The position numbers were made by a program, and so were the translations under genes. This document shows positions 1-8,917 of a stretch of DNA of 39,945 bases, in pieces (positions within the stretch are counted from its first letter, which is position 1; each line of letters starts with the position of its first letter). The notes beneath the pieces are model-generated. The model was not told where the DNA came from, did not search any database, and saw only the letters and a list, made by a program, of their open reading frames with translations. The stretch lies in the IMG/VR virus record IMGVR_UViG_3300025015_000006; one strand, given 5' to 3'. The stretch is from a virus.

Positions 1-127
1 AATTCCATTGTTCTTAAAGTTCCAAAAAAATTCAACTGTATTGAATGTAATAAACCATCTCAAACAATTTCTCGGTCAGGTGGAAAATACTGTTCCCCCA
101 GATGTAACCATCGTTTCCAAGCAAGAG
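1..127. repeat. 127-bp exact terminal overlap, identical to 39819..39945; signature of a circular assembly
   Basis: Base-by-base comparison of the two window ends shows all 127 nt identical, and the repeat runs exactly to both contig ends. Coding frames continue across the junction. Confidence 0.95.
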
Positions 128-388
128 TGTGGAGAAGAAGACATGGTATACAACCTAGAGGTTGAAGATGTTCACGAATACTTCGCTAATGGAGCTCTTG
201 TTTCAAACTGTCACGCAACTAACTACTTTTTAATTGGTCTGAAGAGATATTCTGAAAAGAGGGGTTCGGTGGTTAAAAATTCTTTTTCTTCCCGCCTTCA
301 TGGTGAGCCGTCATTTGAGATAGTTGATGACACCATGCCAGGAAAGCCAATATTTGAAAAAGAACCCAAAGACTGGAGATATGTATGA
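1..388 (+). CDS. terL: Terminase large subunit, C-terminal continuation. The intein C-terminus ends at 208; the C-extein is 209..388
   Basis: Same frame as 37732 once the 127-bp overlap is collapsed (position p corresponds to 39818+p). Reads ...MVYNLEVEDVHEYFANGALVSN|CHATNYFLIGL..., stop at 386-388. Confidence 0.85.
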   Translation, partial: IPLFLKFQKNSTVLNVINHLKQFLGQVENTVPPDVTIVSKQECGEEDMVYNLEVEDVHEYFANGALVSNCHATNYFLIGLKRYSEKRGSVVKNSFSSRLHGEPSFEIVDDTMPGKPIFEKEPKDWRYV

Positions 389-678
389 TAGAACAATACC
401 TGATTAAAATCATAAAAAATATGAGGGTGGAAAATATTTGCCTTGAGTCAACTGAAGACAAAGCCCACTGGTTTTTTTCCTGTCAAATTTGCAGCGACAG
501 GAAATCCCACGAAGTATGGATTGAGGATGACAGTCCATTTATAGTTTTAGAGAAGGCTATTCAATACATTTCCCGATACTTGCGGGGTTGCAGGGTTGGT
601 GCGGAAAAAAAGAGCAAGTGGGATGCAATAAAAAAATTAGAAGAGGAAGAAATAAGGATTGAAGATGCAATCAGTTGA
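385..678 (+). CDS. Hypothetical protein
   Basis: 97-aa ORF whose start overlaps the TerL stop (ATGA). Lies between terL and portal. Confidence 0.6.
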   Translation: MIEQYLIKIIKNMRVENICLESTEDKAHWFFSCQICSDRKSHEVWIEDDSPFIVLEKAIQYISRYLRGCRVGAEKKSKWDAIKKLEEEEIRIEDAIS

Positions 679-708
679 TTTGATAATTTGGAATTTTAGA
701 TTATATTT
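675..708 (+). promoter_or_regulatory. Candidate promoter P1 (AGTTGATT motif)
   Basis: TTGATT at 675-680 overlaps the stop codon of the upstream ORF. TAGATT lies 16 nt downstream and TATATT 22 nt downstream. The portal ATG is at 714, so the leader would be very short. Confidence 0.4.
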
Positions 709-713
709 TACTT

Positions 714-2759
714 ATGGCAGACAAAATAAAAGAAGCTACAGAAGGGAAAGATGAAATACTTGATGAGTTGTCTTTAGATATTGAAGACAAGGAATTAGTC
801 TCCCTTATCAATAAACGGATAACAAAAGCAAAACAGGACTATGATGAGTTGGACAGAATTGGCGAATTAAACCAAAATTATTGGTTGGGGAAACAGATAG
901 ACAGTAAAAAATTGCGGGACTTCAAATCAAGAGTGGTTGAGAATATCACTTTCCAGACGGTTGAGACAATCATCCCCATTATCACTTCAAAAACTCCCGA
1001 ACCCGTAACTAAATCGGAGTCCAATACCCCAGAGTCGGTGTTACACGCCAAAAATCTCCAGAGAATTTTACTGGCTTTGTTTGAAAAACAGAAAATGAAG
1101 GGTAAATTCCAAATGATAACCAGACATAATATGCTTAGAAGGATTGGAATCTTAAAATACAAATACGACCCAGATATTGATGATATTGTAACCGAATATG
1201 TCCTGCCCCAGAATATCCTTATAGATAAGAACGGGGAGTATGTGGTTGAATACTTGGAAGATTCGCTTTCTGAAATCCTAAAGAAATTCCCTGAGAAGGT
1301 TGGTGAGGTAATTAAGGAGTTTGGACTTAATGCCACTCAAGATAAAGATGGAAATTATGACCCAACTACGATTGACCAAAAAGGACTGGCAACAAAAATT
1401 AAATATGTGGAGTTTTGGACATCCGAGTACGTTTGTTGGAAGTACAAGACCTTAATTTTCAAGAAACTCAAGAACCCAAACTTTGATTATACTGGAGTTG
1501 AAAATAAAACGACTGACGAGAACGGTCAGGAAATTGAGGGGGAAGTTTACTACCATAATTATTTTGATAAACCCAAAATTCCCTATATTTTCTACTCCGT
1601 CTTTAATCTTGGTAAAAATGTTTGGGATGATACTTCACTTGTGGAGCAGATTATGCCTTTACAGGACGGGATAAATAAGAGGCAGAGGCAGATTGATGAC
1701 AACTTTTCGGATAACGGAGTCTTGATGGGAAGCGGGGACTTTATCACCAAGGAGGAACTGGCTAAATATACTGGCGACCCAGAAGATAAAGTGTGGGTGG
1801 AACATGGAAACCCAGCTGAAGGGATAGGACGGCTACCTGCCAAACAACTGGCTCCTTTCACCTACGAGTCACTTCAAGGGCTTAAATCTTCAGTTGATAA
1901 CGTAGCGGGAACTCACTCAACAACCAGAGGTGAGAGGCAGGGGAGGGAAACTTTAGGCGGAAGACAGATTTTACGGGAAGCTGATTTTGGAAGAATTGAC
2001 TTACTGGTTCGGGGGCTGGAGGAAGTGGCTGATGAACTTTATAAGGCATGGATGCACATGATGAAAGTTTACTTTACTCAAACCCACTATGCCAGAATTA
2101 TCGGAAAAGACGGAGCTCAACAAGTTATTGAATATTCCCGTGATTCAATTGAACAGGGAATTGAAATCTCCGTTAAAGAAGGGTCAACGTTACCAGTTGA
2201 TAAGGTCTCCCAACGACAGGAAGCATTGGACTTAATGCAACAGGGAAATATTGACCCCATAACGCTTTTTGAAAGATTAGAATGGCCCAATCCCACCGAA
2301 TCCGCCAAGAGACTTTTCCAGTGGAAGAACGACCCAGTTTCTCTCTTCCCAGACTTAAAGGAAGAAGCCGCTAAAGCTGCCGAGGCAAAAACTCCAGAGA
2401 ATGAGAAGAAAAACTACTCAATCACGGTTAAACTTGAAACTCTGCCTCCTGCCGTTCAAGAGGAAATACTTGCTAAAAACTTCGGAATTGAAGCCCCAAT
2501 GCAGGACTCAAAACAAGTTGCTCAAGCAGAGATAGACCGAATGAACGGGGGAGAGAATGTTCCACCTTATGATAAGGCTGACCAACCGCATTTGGCAGTC
2601 CATGAAGCATTTATCAATGGCCCACAATTTGAGGCACTTGACCCGATAATTCAAGCATTGCATCAAAATCATGTCGGGGAGGAACAGGCACAAGGACAAC
2701 AAACCGAACAACCAGTAGAACAATCACAACCACAAGGAGGACAAAATGACCAACCTTGA
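714..2759 (+). CDS. Portal protein
   Basis: 681 aa, in the position after terL. The size and the acidic, Q-rich C-terminus are typical of portals. No search was run. Confidence 0.65.
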   Translation: MADKIKEATEGKDEILDELSLDIEDKELVSLINKRITKAKQDYDELDRIGELNQNYWLGKQIDSKKLRDFKSRVVENITFQTVETIIPIITSKTPEPVTKSESNTPESVLHAKNLQRILLALFEKQKMKGKFQMITRHNMLRRIGILKYKYDPDIDDIVTEYVLPQNILIDKNGEYVVEYLEDSLSEILKKFPEKVGEVIKEFGLNATQDKDGNYDPTTIDQKGLATKIKYVEFWTSEYVCWKYKTLIFKKLKNPNFDYTGVENKTTDENGQEIEGEVYYHNYFDKPKIPYIFYSVFNLGKNVWDDTSLVEQIMPLQDGINKRQRQIDDNFSDNGVLMGSGDFITKEELAKYTGDPEDKVWVEHGNPAEGIGRLPAKQLAPFTYESLQGLKSSVDNVAGTHSTTRGERQGRETLGGRQILREADFGRIDLLVRGLEEVADELYKAWMHMMKVYFTQTHYARIIGKDGAQQVIEYSRDSIEQGIEISVKEGSTLPVDKVSQRQEALDLMQQGNIDPITLFERLEWPNPTESAKRLFQWKNDPVSLFPDLKEEAAKAAEAKTPENEKKNYSITVKLETLPPAVQEEILAKNFGIEAPMQDSKQVAQAEIDRMNGGENVPPYDKADQPHLAVHEAFINGPQFEALDPIIQALHQNHVGEEQAQGQQTEQPVEQSQPQGGQNDQP

Positions 2760-3117
2760 AGCAATTATACGAAAACTTAAAACTTATCAAAAAGAAGTAA
2801 ATCAAAATATAAAAGAACCCTTTTTTAATAAAGAAAATACTCCAAAAGATTGGTTGCTTAAAAAAGTTCCAGCAGAATTTAAAAATAGAGGAACTTATGA
2901 AGGATTACATGGTTTAACTAATCCAATTTTAATGAATCCGTATATTAAACCAGTTGCAGAAAGAGCGGTTAGTAATTTGCGGGTTGCGAACTATAAATCA
3001 GGTAGAAAAAATAAATTAATAAATAATATTTTAGGTCAGACAGATGCAGTAGTGAGGAGACAAGAAAAAGCAAATATTAAAGGAAAAGATTATGGTCCTG
3101 AAATTTATCCACAATAA
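2746..3117 (+). CDS. Hypothetical protein
   Basis: 123-aa ORF overlapping the portal end by 14 nt. Confidence 0.55.
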   Translation: MTNLEAIIRKLKTYQKEVNQNIKEPFFNKENTPKDWLLKKVPAEFKNRGTYEGLHGLTNPILMNPYIKPVAERAVSNLRVANYKSGRKNKLINNILGQTDAVVRRQEKANIKGKDYGPEIYPQ

Positions 3118-3119
3118 CT

Positions 3120-3248
3120 ATGCCATTTCAATCAGAATCACAACGTAGATTTATGTATGCTAAACATCCCAAAATAGTCAAGAGGTGGAGTAAGGAATAT
3201 CCTAACCAAAGGAACCTTCCTGCTATAAAACGTAAATTAAAAAAGTAG
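3120..3248 (+). CDS. Small basic protein, 42 aa, with an SQRRFMYAKHP motif
   Basis: ATG at 3120, TAG at 3246-3248. Not in the ORF track because it is under 60 aa. MPFQSESQRRFMYAKHPKIVKRW resembles a small conserved phage protein family; this is from memory, not a search. Confidence 0.45.
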   Translation: MPFQSESQRRFMYAKHPKIVKRWSKEYPNQRNLPAIKRKLKK

Positions 3249-3282
3249 TTGATTTTACAAAATTTCTTCTTCACTTTATACT
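3249..3282 (+). promoter_or_regulatory. Candidate promoter P2 (AGTTGATT motif)
   Basis: TAG|TTGATT, then 22 nt, then TATACT. The downstream TCATTGTTAGTATTTT resembles the corresponding part of P3. Confidence 0.4.
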
Positions 3283-3342
3283 CTCATTGTTAGTATTTTA
3301 AGGAATCGTCAATCCTTCGTTGTCACATCAACGCTAAAATCT

Positions 3343-4017
3343 GTGAAAAAGGATATGTTAGACGATACAGGATTTGGTGAGATTGGAAAAACCGAAGTGG
3401 GAGATGTCGAAATCTCTGAATCACCAGCAGAGAAGACTCCTGAGACAGCACCTGAACAAGGCAGTCAAGATGAGAATGTTCCTTTCCATGAACATCCACG
3501 ATGGAAAGAGGTTTACTCGAAAGCCCAAAGAGTAGACGAATTGGAGCGTCAGTTGAAGGACTTATCCATAAGGGTAGGAACTCAACCGACTCCAAAGGAA
3601 GAGTGGCAACCCAAAACGTGGGGTGAGGTTCAGCAAAAGATTAAGGAAGACTTAATAGCTGACCTTCAACGTCAACAGGAGCAGTCAACTGCCCAACAGA
3701 GGCAGGAAGACCAAGCTCTTGATAGTGCTCTTTCTCAATTAAAAACTGAGAAGGGTGAGTTTGATGAGAAACGTTTATTAAATACTGCAGTCAAGTACGG
3801 TCTTGGTGACATCAACAAGGCATGGGAAATCATGCAACTGGAGGTGGATGCCGAGAAACGTGGTGAGAAACAGGCTTTAAGAAAGAGGGTAGCCCCAATA
3901 GGCTCGTCCAAAAAAACAGAAGGTGGAGCAAAGGCAACAACGCCATATAAGTCTTTCAAAAGAAGGACTCTTGATGACATTGTAGCTGATGCTGCCGAAA
4001 AAATTAGTGGACAATAA
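3343..4017 (+). CDS. Scaffolding protein (putative)
   Basis: 224 aa, highly charged and coiled-coil-like, between portal and major capsid. The GTG at 3343 may really be the ATG at 3354. Confidence 0.55.
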   Translation: MKKDMLDDTGFGEIGKTEVGDVEISESPAEKTPETAPEQGSQDENVPFHEHPRWKEVYSKAQRVDELERQLKDLSIRVGTQPTPKEEWQPKTWGEVQQKIKEDLIADLQRQQEQSTAQQRQEDQALDSALSQLKTEKGEFDEKRLLNTAVKYGLGDINKAWEIMQLEVDAEKRGEKQALRKRVAPIGSSKKTEGGAKATTPYKSFKRRTLDDIVADAAEKISGQ

Positions 4018-4049
4018 TTATAAATTTATTTTAAAAGGGGTGAAACAAA

Positions 4050-5099
4050 ATGACATTTGATACATATATTACTTCTATCACCAATCATGAAATTGTTCCA
4101 AAAGTGGTAGATAATATTTTAAATTCTAACGTCTTAGCTTTAAGATTTCTTGGAAATGCTAAGCCGTGGAATGGTGAGACTTTAAGGTTTCCTATTAAAT
4201 ACCAAAAATCTACTTCAGGTGGTTCTTTTTCGGGACTCGACACATTTTCAACTGCCAAAGTCAATACAAGACAAACATTGTCTTTTGACCCAAGAGGCTA
4301 CTATCATTCAGTAGTTTTGTCAGGAATGGAAGTTGATGTCAACGCAACCCCAGCTGGAGTTTTGAATTTAGTTAAGGTAGAAATGGAATCAACCCAACAG
4401 GATATGATTGACTCTATCGGAACTTTATTCTATGGAGATGGTACTGGAAACAGCAACAAGGACTTTTTAGGACTTGATGCTATCGTGGACGACACGACCT
4501 CGGTTACAACCTATGGTGGATTGTCAAGAAGCACTTATACAATGTTGAAGGCGACACGCACAGCCAGTGGTGGAACTTTAACAACGGATTTAATGGGTGC
4601 TTTGTATGACAACTGCACACGAGGAGGCAAAAGACCAACTCTTATCGTAACAACTGAAGCTATTTGGACAATCTATGAAGCTCTGCTTCAACCGACAGTT
4701 CAAGCAAATTATAATGCTTCAGGTTATGCACAGGTTACAAGAACTGGCATTGCCAAAGACAGAGGAGCTTTGCAGGGTGAATTAGGTTTTGATGCACTTT
4801 TTTACAGAGGAGTTCCTTTGGTTCGGGATGAAAAGTGCACGGCTCAGACTCTTTGGATGTTAAATGAAGAATATTTGCAATGGTATGGTTTGAAATCTCA
4901 TAAATATCAAACCGTTAGCCTTGCTTCTTCAAACATAGACGGAGTTTATGAAGATGCACCAAAGACAACTGGATTCTCTTGGAGTGGTCTAAAAGAACCA
5001 ACCAATCAGTATTCAGAAGTTGGCCAGTTTATTTTGGAGGGTAATTTAGTTTCTGCAGCTCCAAGATATCATGGAAGACTGACAGGTATCACAGGATAA
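4050..5099 (+). CDS. Major capsid protein
   Basis: 349 aa. Strong SD GGGGTGAAACAAA at 4037-4049. Follows the scaffold gene and is followed by an intrinsic terminator. Confidence 0.7.
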   Translation: MTFDTYITSITNHEIVPKVVDNILNSNVLALRFLGNAKPWNGETLRFPIKYQKSTSGGSFSGLDTFSTAKVNTRQTLSFDPRGYYHSVVLSGMEVDVNATPAGVLNLVKVEMESTQQDMIDSIGTLFYGDGTGNSNKDFLGLDAIVDDTTSVTTYGGLSRSTYTMLKATRTASGGTLTTDLMGALYDNCTRGGKRPTLIVTTEAIWTIYEALLQPTVQANYNASGYAQVTRTGIAKDRGALQGELGFDALFYRGVPLVRDEKCTAQTLWMLNEEYLQWYGLKSHKYQTVSLASSNIDGVYEDAPKTTGFSWSGLKEPTNQYSEVGQFILEGNLVSAAPRYHGRLTGITG

Positions 5100-5166
5100 T
5101 TCGGATTGAAAATTAACCGCCCTTGACGAGTAAAATTCAGGAGGGAAAAATTGCAAAGGGTATAGA

Positions 5167-5195
5167 AACGGCTACCTTTGCGGGTAGCCGTTTTG
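5167..5195 (+). terminator. Rho-independent terminator after the capsid gene
   Basis: The 10-bp stem AACGGCTACC (5167-5176) pairs with GGTAGCCGTT (5183-5192) around a 6-nt loop. The stem runs into a TTTT tract (GCCGTTTTG). Confidence 0.75.
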
Positions 5196-5244
5196 ATAAG
5201 TGGATAGTCATTAAAAGTTACATAAAATGGGGGTGAAATAAATT

Positions 5245-6276
5245 ATGGGAAAAGCAAGTAAATATATGCCAGCTGTTGGAACTTTTGGACATAAGTGGTA
5301 TCCTGAAGATTTAGTCGGAGTAGGATATATGACTAAATCTGCTAAGTATTGGTTTGTAGATGGAGATAGGTCAGTATCGGGAAACGGAAAATCTTGGGAT
5401 AAAGCATTTATAACAATCCAAGAAGGTGTAACGGCAGCAGGGGCAGGAGATGTGGTATTTGTTGCAGAGAAAAAGATTACTGATAATACGGGAGACCCAA
5501 CGAATTATGCTGAAACAATCATAATTCCAAACGGAACTCCTCATTTATCTCTAATCGGAATTTCAAGAGGGCTTACGCAAGGTGGACTCCCACAAATCAA
5601 GAAAGGTTCAGGTTCAACCGCGCTTCTCACAGTGAGAGCCGCAGGTTGTTATATTGCCAATCTTGGATTTAATGGAGCTTCATCAACTGGTGGAGGTATT
5701 CTACTGGATGATGATAATTCTACCAAAACAGCTTTTGGTACAACCATAACAGGTTGTCACTTCAAAAACTGTGTAGGTACAACTGCAACTGATGGAAGAA
5801 CTGGTGGAGCCATAATGTGGAGTGCGGAAGGAAACGCATGGCAGGTACGGATTATAGGAAACAGATTCTATAAAAACGTCTGTGATGTGTTATTAAAAGG
5901 TACTTCAAATTCAGTTCCACAGGATGTTATCATTCAAGACAATATTTTTTCAGGGCCAGCCGCAAGTGTAGATGTAAATTTATACTTAGCAGGAGGTTCT
6001 GGAATGAATGGAGTTGTAATTGATAATAATATATTCCAACAGTTACCAGCAATCGGTTCAGGTTCAGTTCTGAGATTTATTGATGCCACAGGTTGCACGG
6101 GTATGTTGACCAGAAATTTCTTTGGTGCACAATCAAGCAATACGGGAACAACCCTTACATGGCTCGCAGCTGGTACAGCGGCCAAGATTCCAACAACGAT
6201 GCACGTTGCAGGGTGTTATGGTCAATCTATAACGGCAGCGGAAAGTGGTGAGATAAATATTGGTGCAAACACATAA
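5245..6276 (+). CDS. Right-handed beta-helix (pectin-lyase-fold-like) virion protein
   Basis: 343 aa. WFVDGDRSVSGNGKSWDKAFITIQEGVTAAGAGDVVFV is followed by Gly/Asn-rich repeat turns. SD GGGGGTGAAATAAATT. Confidence 0.55.
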   Translation: MGKASKYMPAVGTFGHKWYPEDLVGVGYMTKSAKYWFVDGDRSVSGNGKSWDKAFITIQEGVTAAGAGDVVFVAEKKITDNTGDPTNYAETIIIPNGTPHLSLIGISRGLTQGGLPQIKKGSGSTALLTVRAAGCYIANLGFNGASSTGGGILLDDDNSTKTAFGTTITGCHFKNCVGTTATDGRTGGAIMWSAEGNAWQVRIIGNRFYKNVCDVLLKGTSNSVPQDVIIQDNIFSGPAASVDVNLYLAGGSGMNGVVIDNNIFQQLPAIGSGSVLRFIDATGCTGMLTRNFFGAQSSNTGTTLTWLAAGTAAKIPTTMHVAGCYGQSITAAESGEINIGANT

Positions 6277-6341
6277 TAGTAGTTTGCAAGAATGGTTTAG
6301 GTATATTAAAAATTACATAATTTAGAGGGGGGTGAAACAAA

Positions 6342-7055
6342 ATGGCAAACATAGTAAGTTTAGCGGCAACGGATATTTGGACAGAACACCAATACCAACA
6401 GCACGCATTAGGTCAGAAGGGAGAAACAGCAGACGGTAGAATTTTTAGATATGCTAAGATGGGCGAGGCAATAACCATTGGTTATCTTACTCAATCTCCT
6501 GCAATTGATACGGCTACCATAACAATGGCAGTTACGTCAGCGGCAGTAGTCGGGGCAAAATCTATTACCTTTACTCACGGGGCAACCACTTCTGCGGCTA
6601 ATGAATATGCTGAAGGATTTCTTAGTGTTTCTTATGGAACAGGTATTGGGCAGACTTTGAAAGTAGCCAGTCATTTGGCTTATACTTCAGCTCAAACTGG
6701 AGCAGTTGTAAATCTTGAAGACCCGCTTTTAGTGGCTCTTGATACAACTTCAAAGATTGATTTGGCTCATAATCCTTGGAATGGTGTTTTGATGGATACG
6801 TCAGCAGTTACGCAACCTACTGGAGTTGCACTACGTTCCTTTACATCTGGGTATTTCGGATGGTTACAGACAAAGGGAGTAGTCGGACTTTTTTCTGATG
6901 CAACAATTGCAGCTGGATACACGTTTATCAGCGATGGTAGTGTATCGGGTGGAATTGATGTTATATCAAATGATATACAGCAAGTTAAAGTCGGTGAGGC
7001 AATTCAGGCGGGTGCTCAGAACTATGCACATCAGGTTTATTTAAGAATTGATTAA
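6342..7055 (+). CDS. Virion structural protein, possibly head decoration (DUF2190-like C-terminus)
   Basis: 237 aa, SD GGGGGGTGAAACAAA. The C-terminal pattern GWLQTKGVVGLFSDATIAAGYTFISDGSVSGG is recalled from decoration-type proteins. Confidence 0.4.
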   Translation: MANIVSLAATDIWTEHQYQQHALGQKGETADGRIFRYAKMGEAITIGYLTQSPAIDTATITMAVTSAAVVGAKSITFTHGATTSAANEYAEGFLSVSYGTGIGQTLKVASHLAYTSAQTGAVVNLEDPLLVALDTTSKIDLAHNPWNGVLMDTSAVTQPTGVALRSFTSGYFGWLQTKGVVGLFSDATIAAGYTFISDGSVSGGIDVISNDIQQVKVGEAIQAGAQNYAHQVYLRID

Positions 7056-7067
7056 CAATAATCACGT

Positions 7068-7088
7068 TGGAGAGAAAATTTCTCTCCA
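7068..7088 (+). terminator. Perfect hairpin downstream of 6342..7055; possible weak terminator
   Basis: TGGAGAGAAAATTTCTCTCCA is a 9-bp palindromic stem. No clear U tract follows. Confidence 0.3.
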
Positions 7089-7099
7089 GACGATTGCTG

Positions 7100-7128
7100 T
7101 TGAATTATTCAAAAAAATCTGCTACCAT
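7100..7128 (+). promoter_or_regulatory. Sigma70-like promoter candidate
   Basis: TTGAAT, 17 nt, TACCAT. The spacer contains AAAAATCTGC, the same string as in the promoter candidate at 10924. Confidence 0.45.
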
Positions 7129-7167
7129 AAAATTATGTCTTCTTTTGAAGGGGGTGATTTATAGAAT

Positions 7168-7623
7168 ATGGCTATGTACAATACAATAATCTTCTTTAAC
7201 TATGCCGATACCAATTTTACTTTTTCTTACGAAAAGGAAACTTATATAGTCAAAGCGGGAGAAAGAGAATCATTCCCAGAATTTTTAGCAGAGCACGGAG
7301 CAAAACACTTGGTTGACCGAGAACTTATTAGAGCAGGGCGGGTAAAAGAATTAAATAATGAGGCAGTAAGAAGTGAACTTTATGCAAAAATTTTAGGAAA
7401 ACCAACATCATTTAAGAAAGAGGTAAAACCAGAGGTTGAGGATAAAATTGAAGTTGAGGAGGAATTCCCAGACTTAAAGAAACTTGAACCCGTAGAGGTT
7501 AAACCCGTAGTTGATTTGTCAAGGAGTGAATTATTTGCTAAAGTGAAAGCGTTAGGAATCAAAATTAAAGTTCCAATCACAAGTGATGAACTGAGACGTT
7601 TGATTGCTACAAATAATGGATAA
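7168..7623 (+). CDS. Hypothetical virion protein with a SAP/Rho-N-like C-terminal helix-extension-helix
   Basis: 151 aa, SD GGGGGTGA. The C-terminus reads SELFAKVKALGIKIKVPITSDELRRLI. Confidence 0.5.
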   Translation: MAMYNTIIFFNYADTNFTFSYEKETYIVKAGERESFPEFLAEHGAKHLVDRELIRAGRVKELNNEAVRSELYAKILGKPTSFKKEVKPEVEDKIEVEEEFPDLKKLEPVEVKPVVDLSRSELFAKVKALGIKIKVPITSDELRRLIATNNG

Positions 7624-7771
7624 ATTAACTAAAAAAGAAAAAGCAATTTTAGACAAATTGGCCATTGAAGGTTATGTTTTGGTTAATGATGTTAAAGAAT
7701 TGGAGAAAATTGCTCCCAAGTTAGAAAAGATTTTTGGAAGGGCTACCGAAATATATGAACAAATCAAATAA
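7616..7771 (+). CDS. Small hypothetical protein (51 aa)
   Basis: Hand-found ORF MDKLTKKEKAILDKLAIEGYVLVN..., below the track cutoff. It fills an otherwise empty gap. Confidence 0.35.
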   Translation: MDKLTKKEKAILDKLAIEGYVLVNDVKELEKIAPKLEKIFGRATEIYEQIK

Positions 7772-7772
7772 A

Positions 7773-7901
7773 ATGCCGCCTAAAATGATAGGTGTTGTCC
7801 AGATGGAAAAAGAGGCAAGGGGACTTCAAATGAGAAAACCCACTAATCATGGTAGGGAGAACGGAATGATGATGGCTATGAAAAGACGACTTCGTAAATA
7901 G
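7773..7901 (+). CDS. Small basic hypothetical protein (42 aa)
   Basis: Hand-found ORF MPPKMIGVVQMEKEARG...KRRLRK. Its stop TAG is fused to the TTGATT motif. Confidence 0.35.
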   Translation: MPPKMIGVVQMEKEARGLQMRKPTNHGRENGMMMAMKRRLRK

Positions 7902-7935
7902 TTGATTAGACAATTTTTTAAATCTACCTTATACT
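7902..7935 (+). promoter_or_regulatory. Candidate promoter P3 (AGTTGATT motif)
   Basis: TAG|TTGATT, 22 nt, TATACT (7930-7935), with TACCTT at a 17-nt spacing. The downstream TCATTAGTATTTTG parallels P2. Confidence 0.4.
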
Positions 7936-7965
7936 TTCTTCATTAGTATTTTGCTTAAATAAAAT

Positions 7966-8916
7966 ATGGCTATACCAACTGGTGTAGGAGACAGACAAAA
8001 ACAATCTTTCGTTGAAAGTGGAACAGGTATTGTAGCCCGTCAAGTTCATGTAACAGGTGGAACATTGGCTTCAATTACAGGAGTTGTCGGAACGGTAAAT
8101 GTTATCGCAATTTTAGGAACCATTACTTCAGTACAAACTCTCGGAACGGTACAAGCAGCTACGGTAGACATGATAAAAAATGGTACTTTAAGTATGGTTA
8201 AAGCTGGAACAATAGATAAACTTTCATCGGGAACTGTTAATACCGTTGACACAATATCTATGCTTACAGCTGGAACTGTTGATTTAATAAAAGCTGGTAC
8301 GATAAATACGGTAGAAACTTCAGGAACTTTAGCAATGGTAAATGCTGGTACTTTAGACATGGTTAAAGCGGCAACGGTATCAATGATGACGGCTGGAACA
8401 GTAGACACTATAAAGATGGTTCAGGACGGTACATTAAGTATGGTGAAAGCTGCCACAGTCTCTATGATAACTGGAGGTACAATTGATACGAATAAAATGC
8501 TTCAAGATGGAACACTTTCAATGGTTAAGGCAGCTACAGTCAGTATGGTTATAGCTGGTACTACAGATACGGTTAAGATGATACAAGCAGGGACAATGGA
8601 TATGTTGAAAGCTGGAACAGTAAATATTAACAGTTATGTGGGAGCTGCTACAGTTAATGCAAATGGTTCTGTGGCTTTAACAAATACTTCTGGAACAATA
8701 AGAGCCTCAAATACTTCAAGAAGAGCTTTATTTATGTCAAATGATGGGACTGGAGATTCTTATATAGCTTTTGGAACATTGGCTAATATAAATAGTGGTT
8801 ATAGGCTTAATGCAAATGGAGGGGCTATGGAGATTACAGGCTCAAGTTTATATACGGGTGTTGTCACTGGAATTGTAACTGCTGGGACTTCTGTTATTAA
8901 TTTTATAGAAGTATAA
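7966..8916 (+). CDS. Repeat-rich fibre-like structural protein
   Basis: 316 aa with about 20 short 8-9-aa units of the type GT(V/L/I)(D/S)M(V/I)KA, and three 27-aa super-repeats (AATVSM.T.GT.DT.KM.Q.GT.SMVK). Confidence 0.6.
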   Translation: MAIPTGVGDRQKQSFVESGTGIVARQVHVTGGTLASITGVVGTVNVIAILGTITSVQTLGTVQAATVDMIKNGTLSMVKAGTIDKLSSGTVNTVDTISMLTAGTVDLIKAGTINTVETSGTLAMVNAGTLDMVKAATVSMMTAGTVDTIKMVQDGTLSMVKAATVSMITGGTIDTNKMLQDGTLSMVKAATVSMVIAGTTDTVKMIQAGTMDMLKAGTVNINSYVGAATVNANGSVALTNTSGTIRASNTSRRALFMSNDGTGDSYIAFGTLANINSGYRLNANGGAMEITGSSLYTGVVTGIVTAGTSVINFIEV

Positions 8917-8917
8917 T

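Noticed and set aside
1-127. The 127-bp end repeats read as transposon or prophage boundary repeats, or as LTRs.
   Set aside because: The repeats are direct, run exactly to both contig ends, lie inside coding sequence that continues across the junction, and have the size of a standard assembler k-mer. A circular-assembly overlap is the simplest reading.
878-1336. Antisense or alternative-frame track ORFs inside well-supported genes: 273-461(-), 878-1336(-), 1592-1861(-), 2117-2308(-), 2508-2805(-), 3323-3595(-), 3735-3980(-), 5934-6185(-), 7380-7580(-), 8046-8408(-), 9539-9727(-), 10525-10740(-), 11875-12057(-), 12279-12616, 15059-15322(-), 17492-17698(+), 19083-19343(-), 19979-20182(+), 21693-21929(-), 22859-23050(-), 38668-38922(-), 39578-39853(-).
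   Set aside because: Each lies wholly within a longer ORF that has recognisable motifs or operon context. Their sequences are low-complexity, with no SD or promoter context. They are shadow ORFs of the kind expected in AT-rich or repetitive coding DNA.
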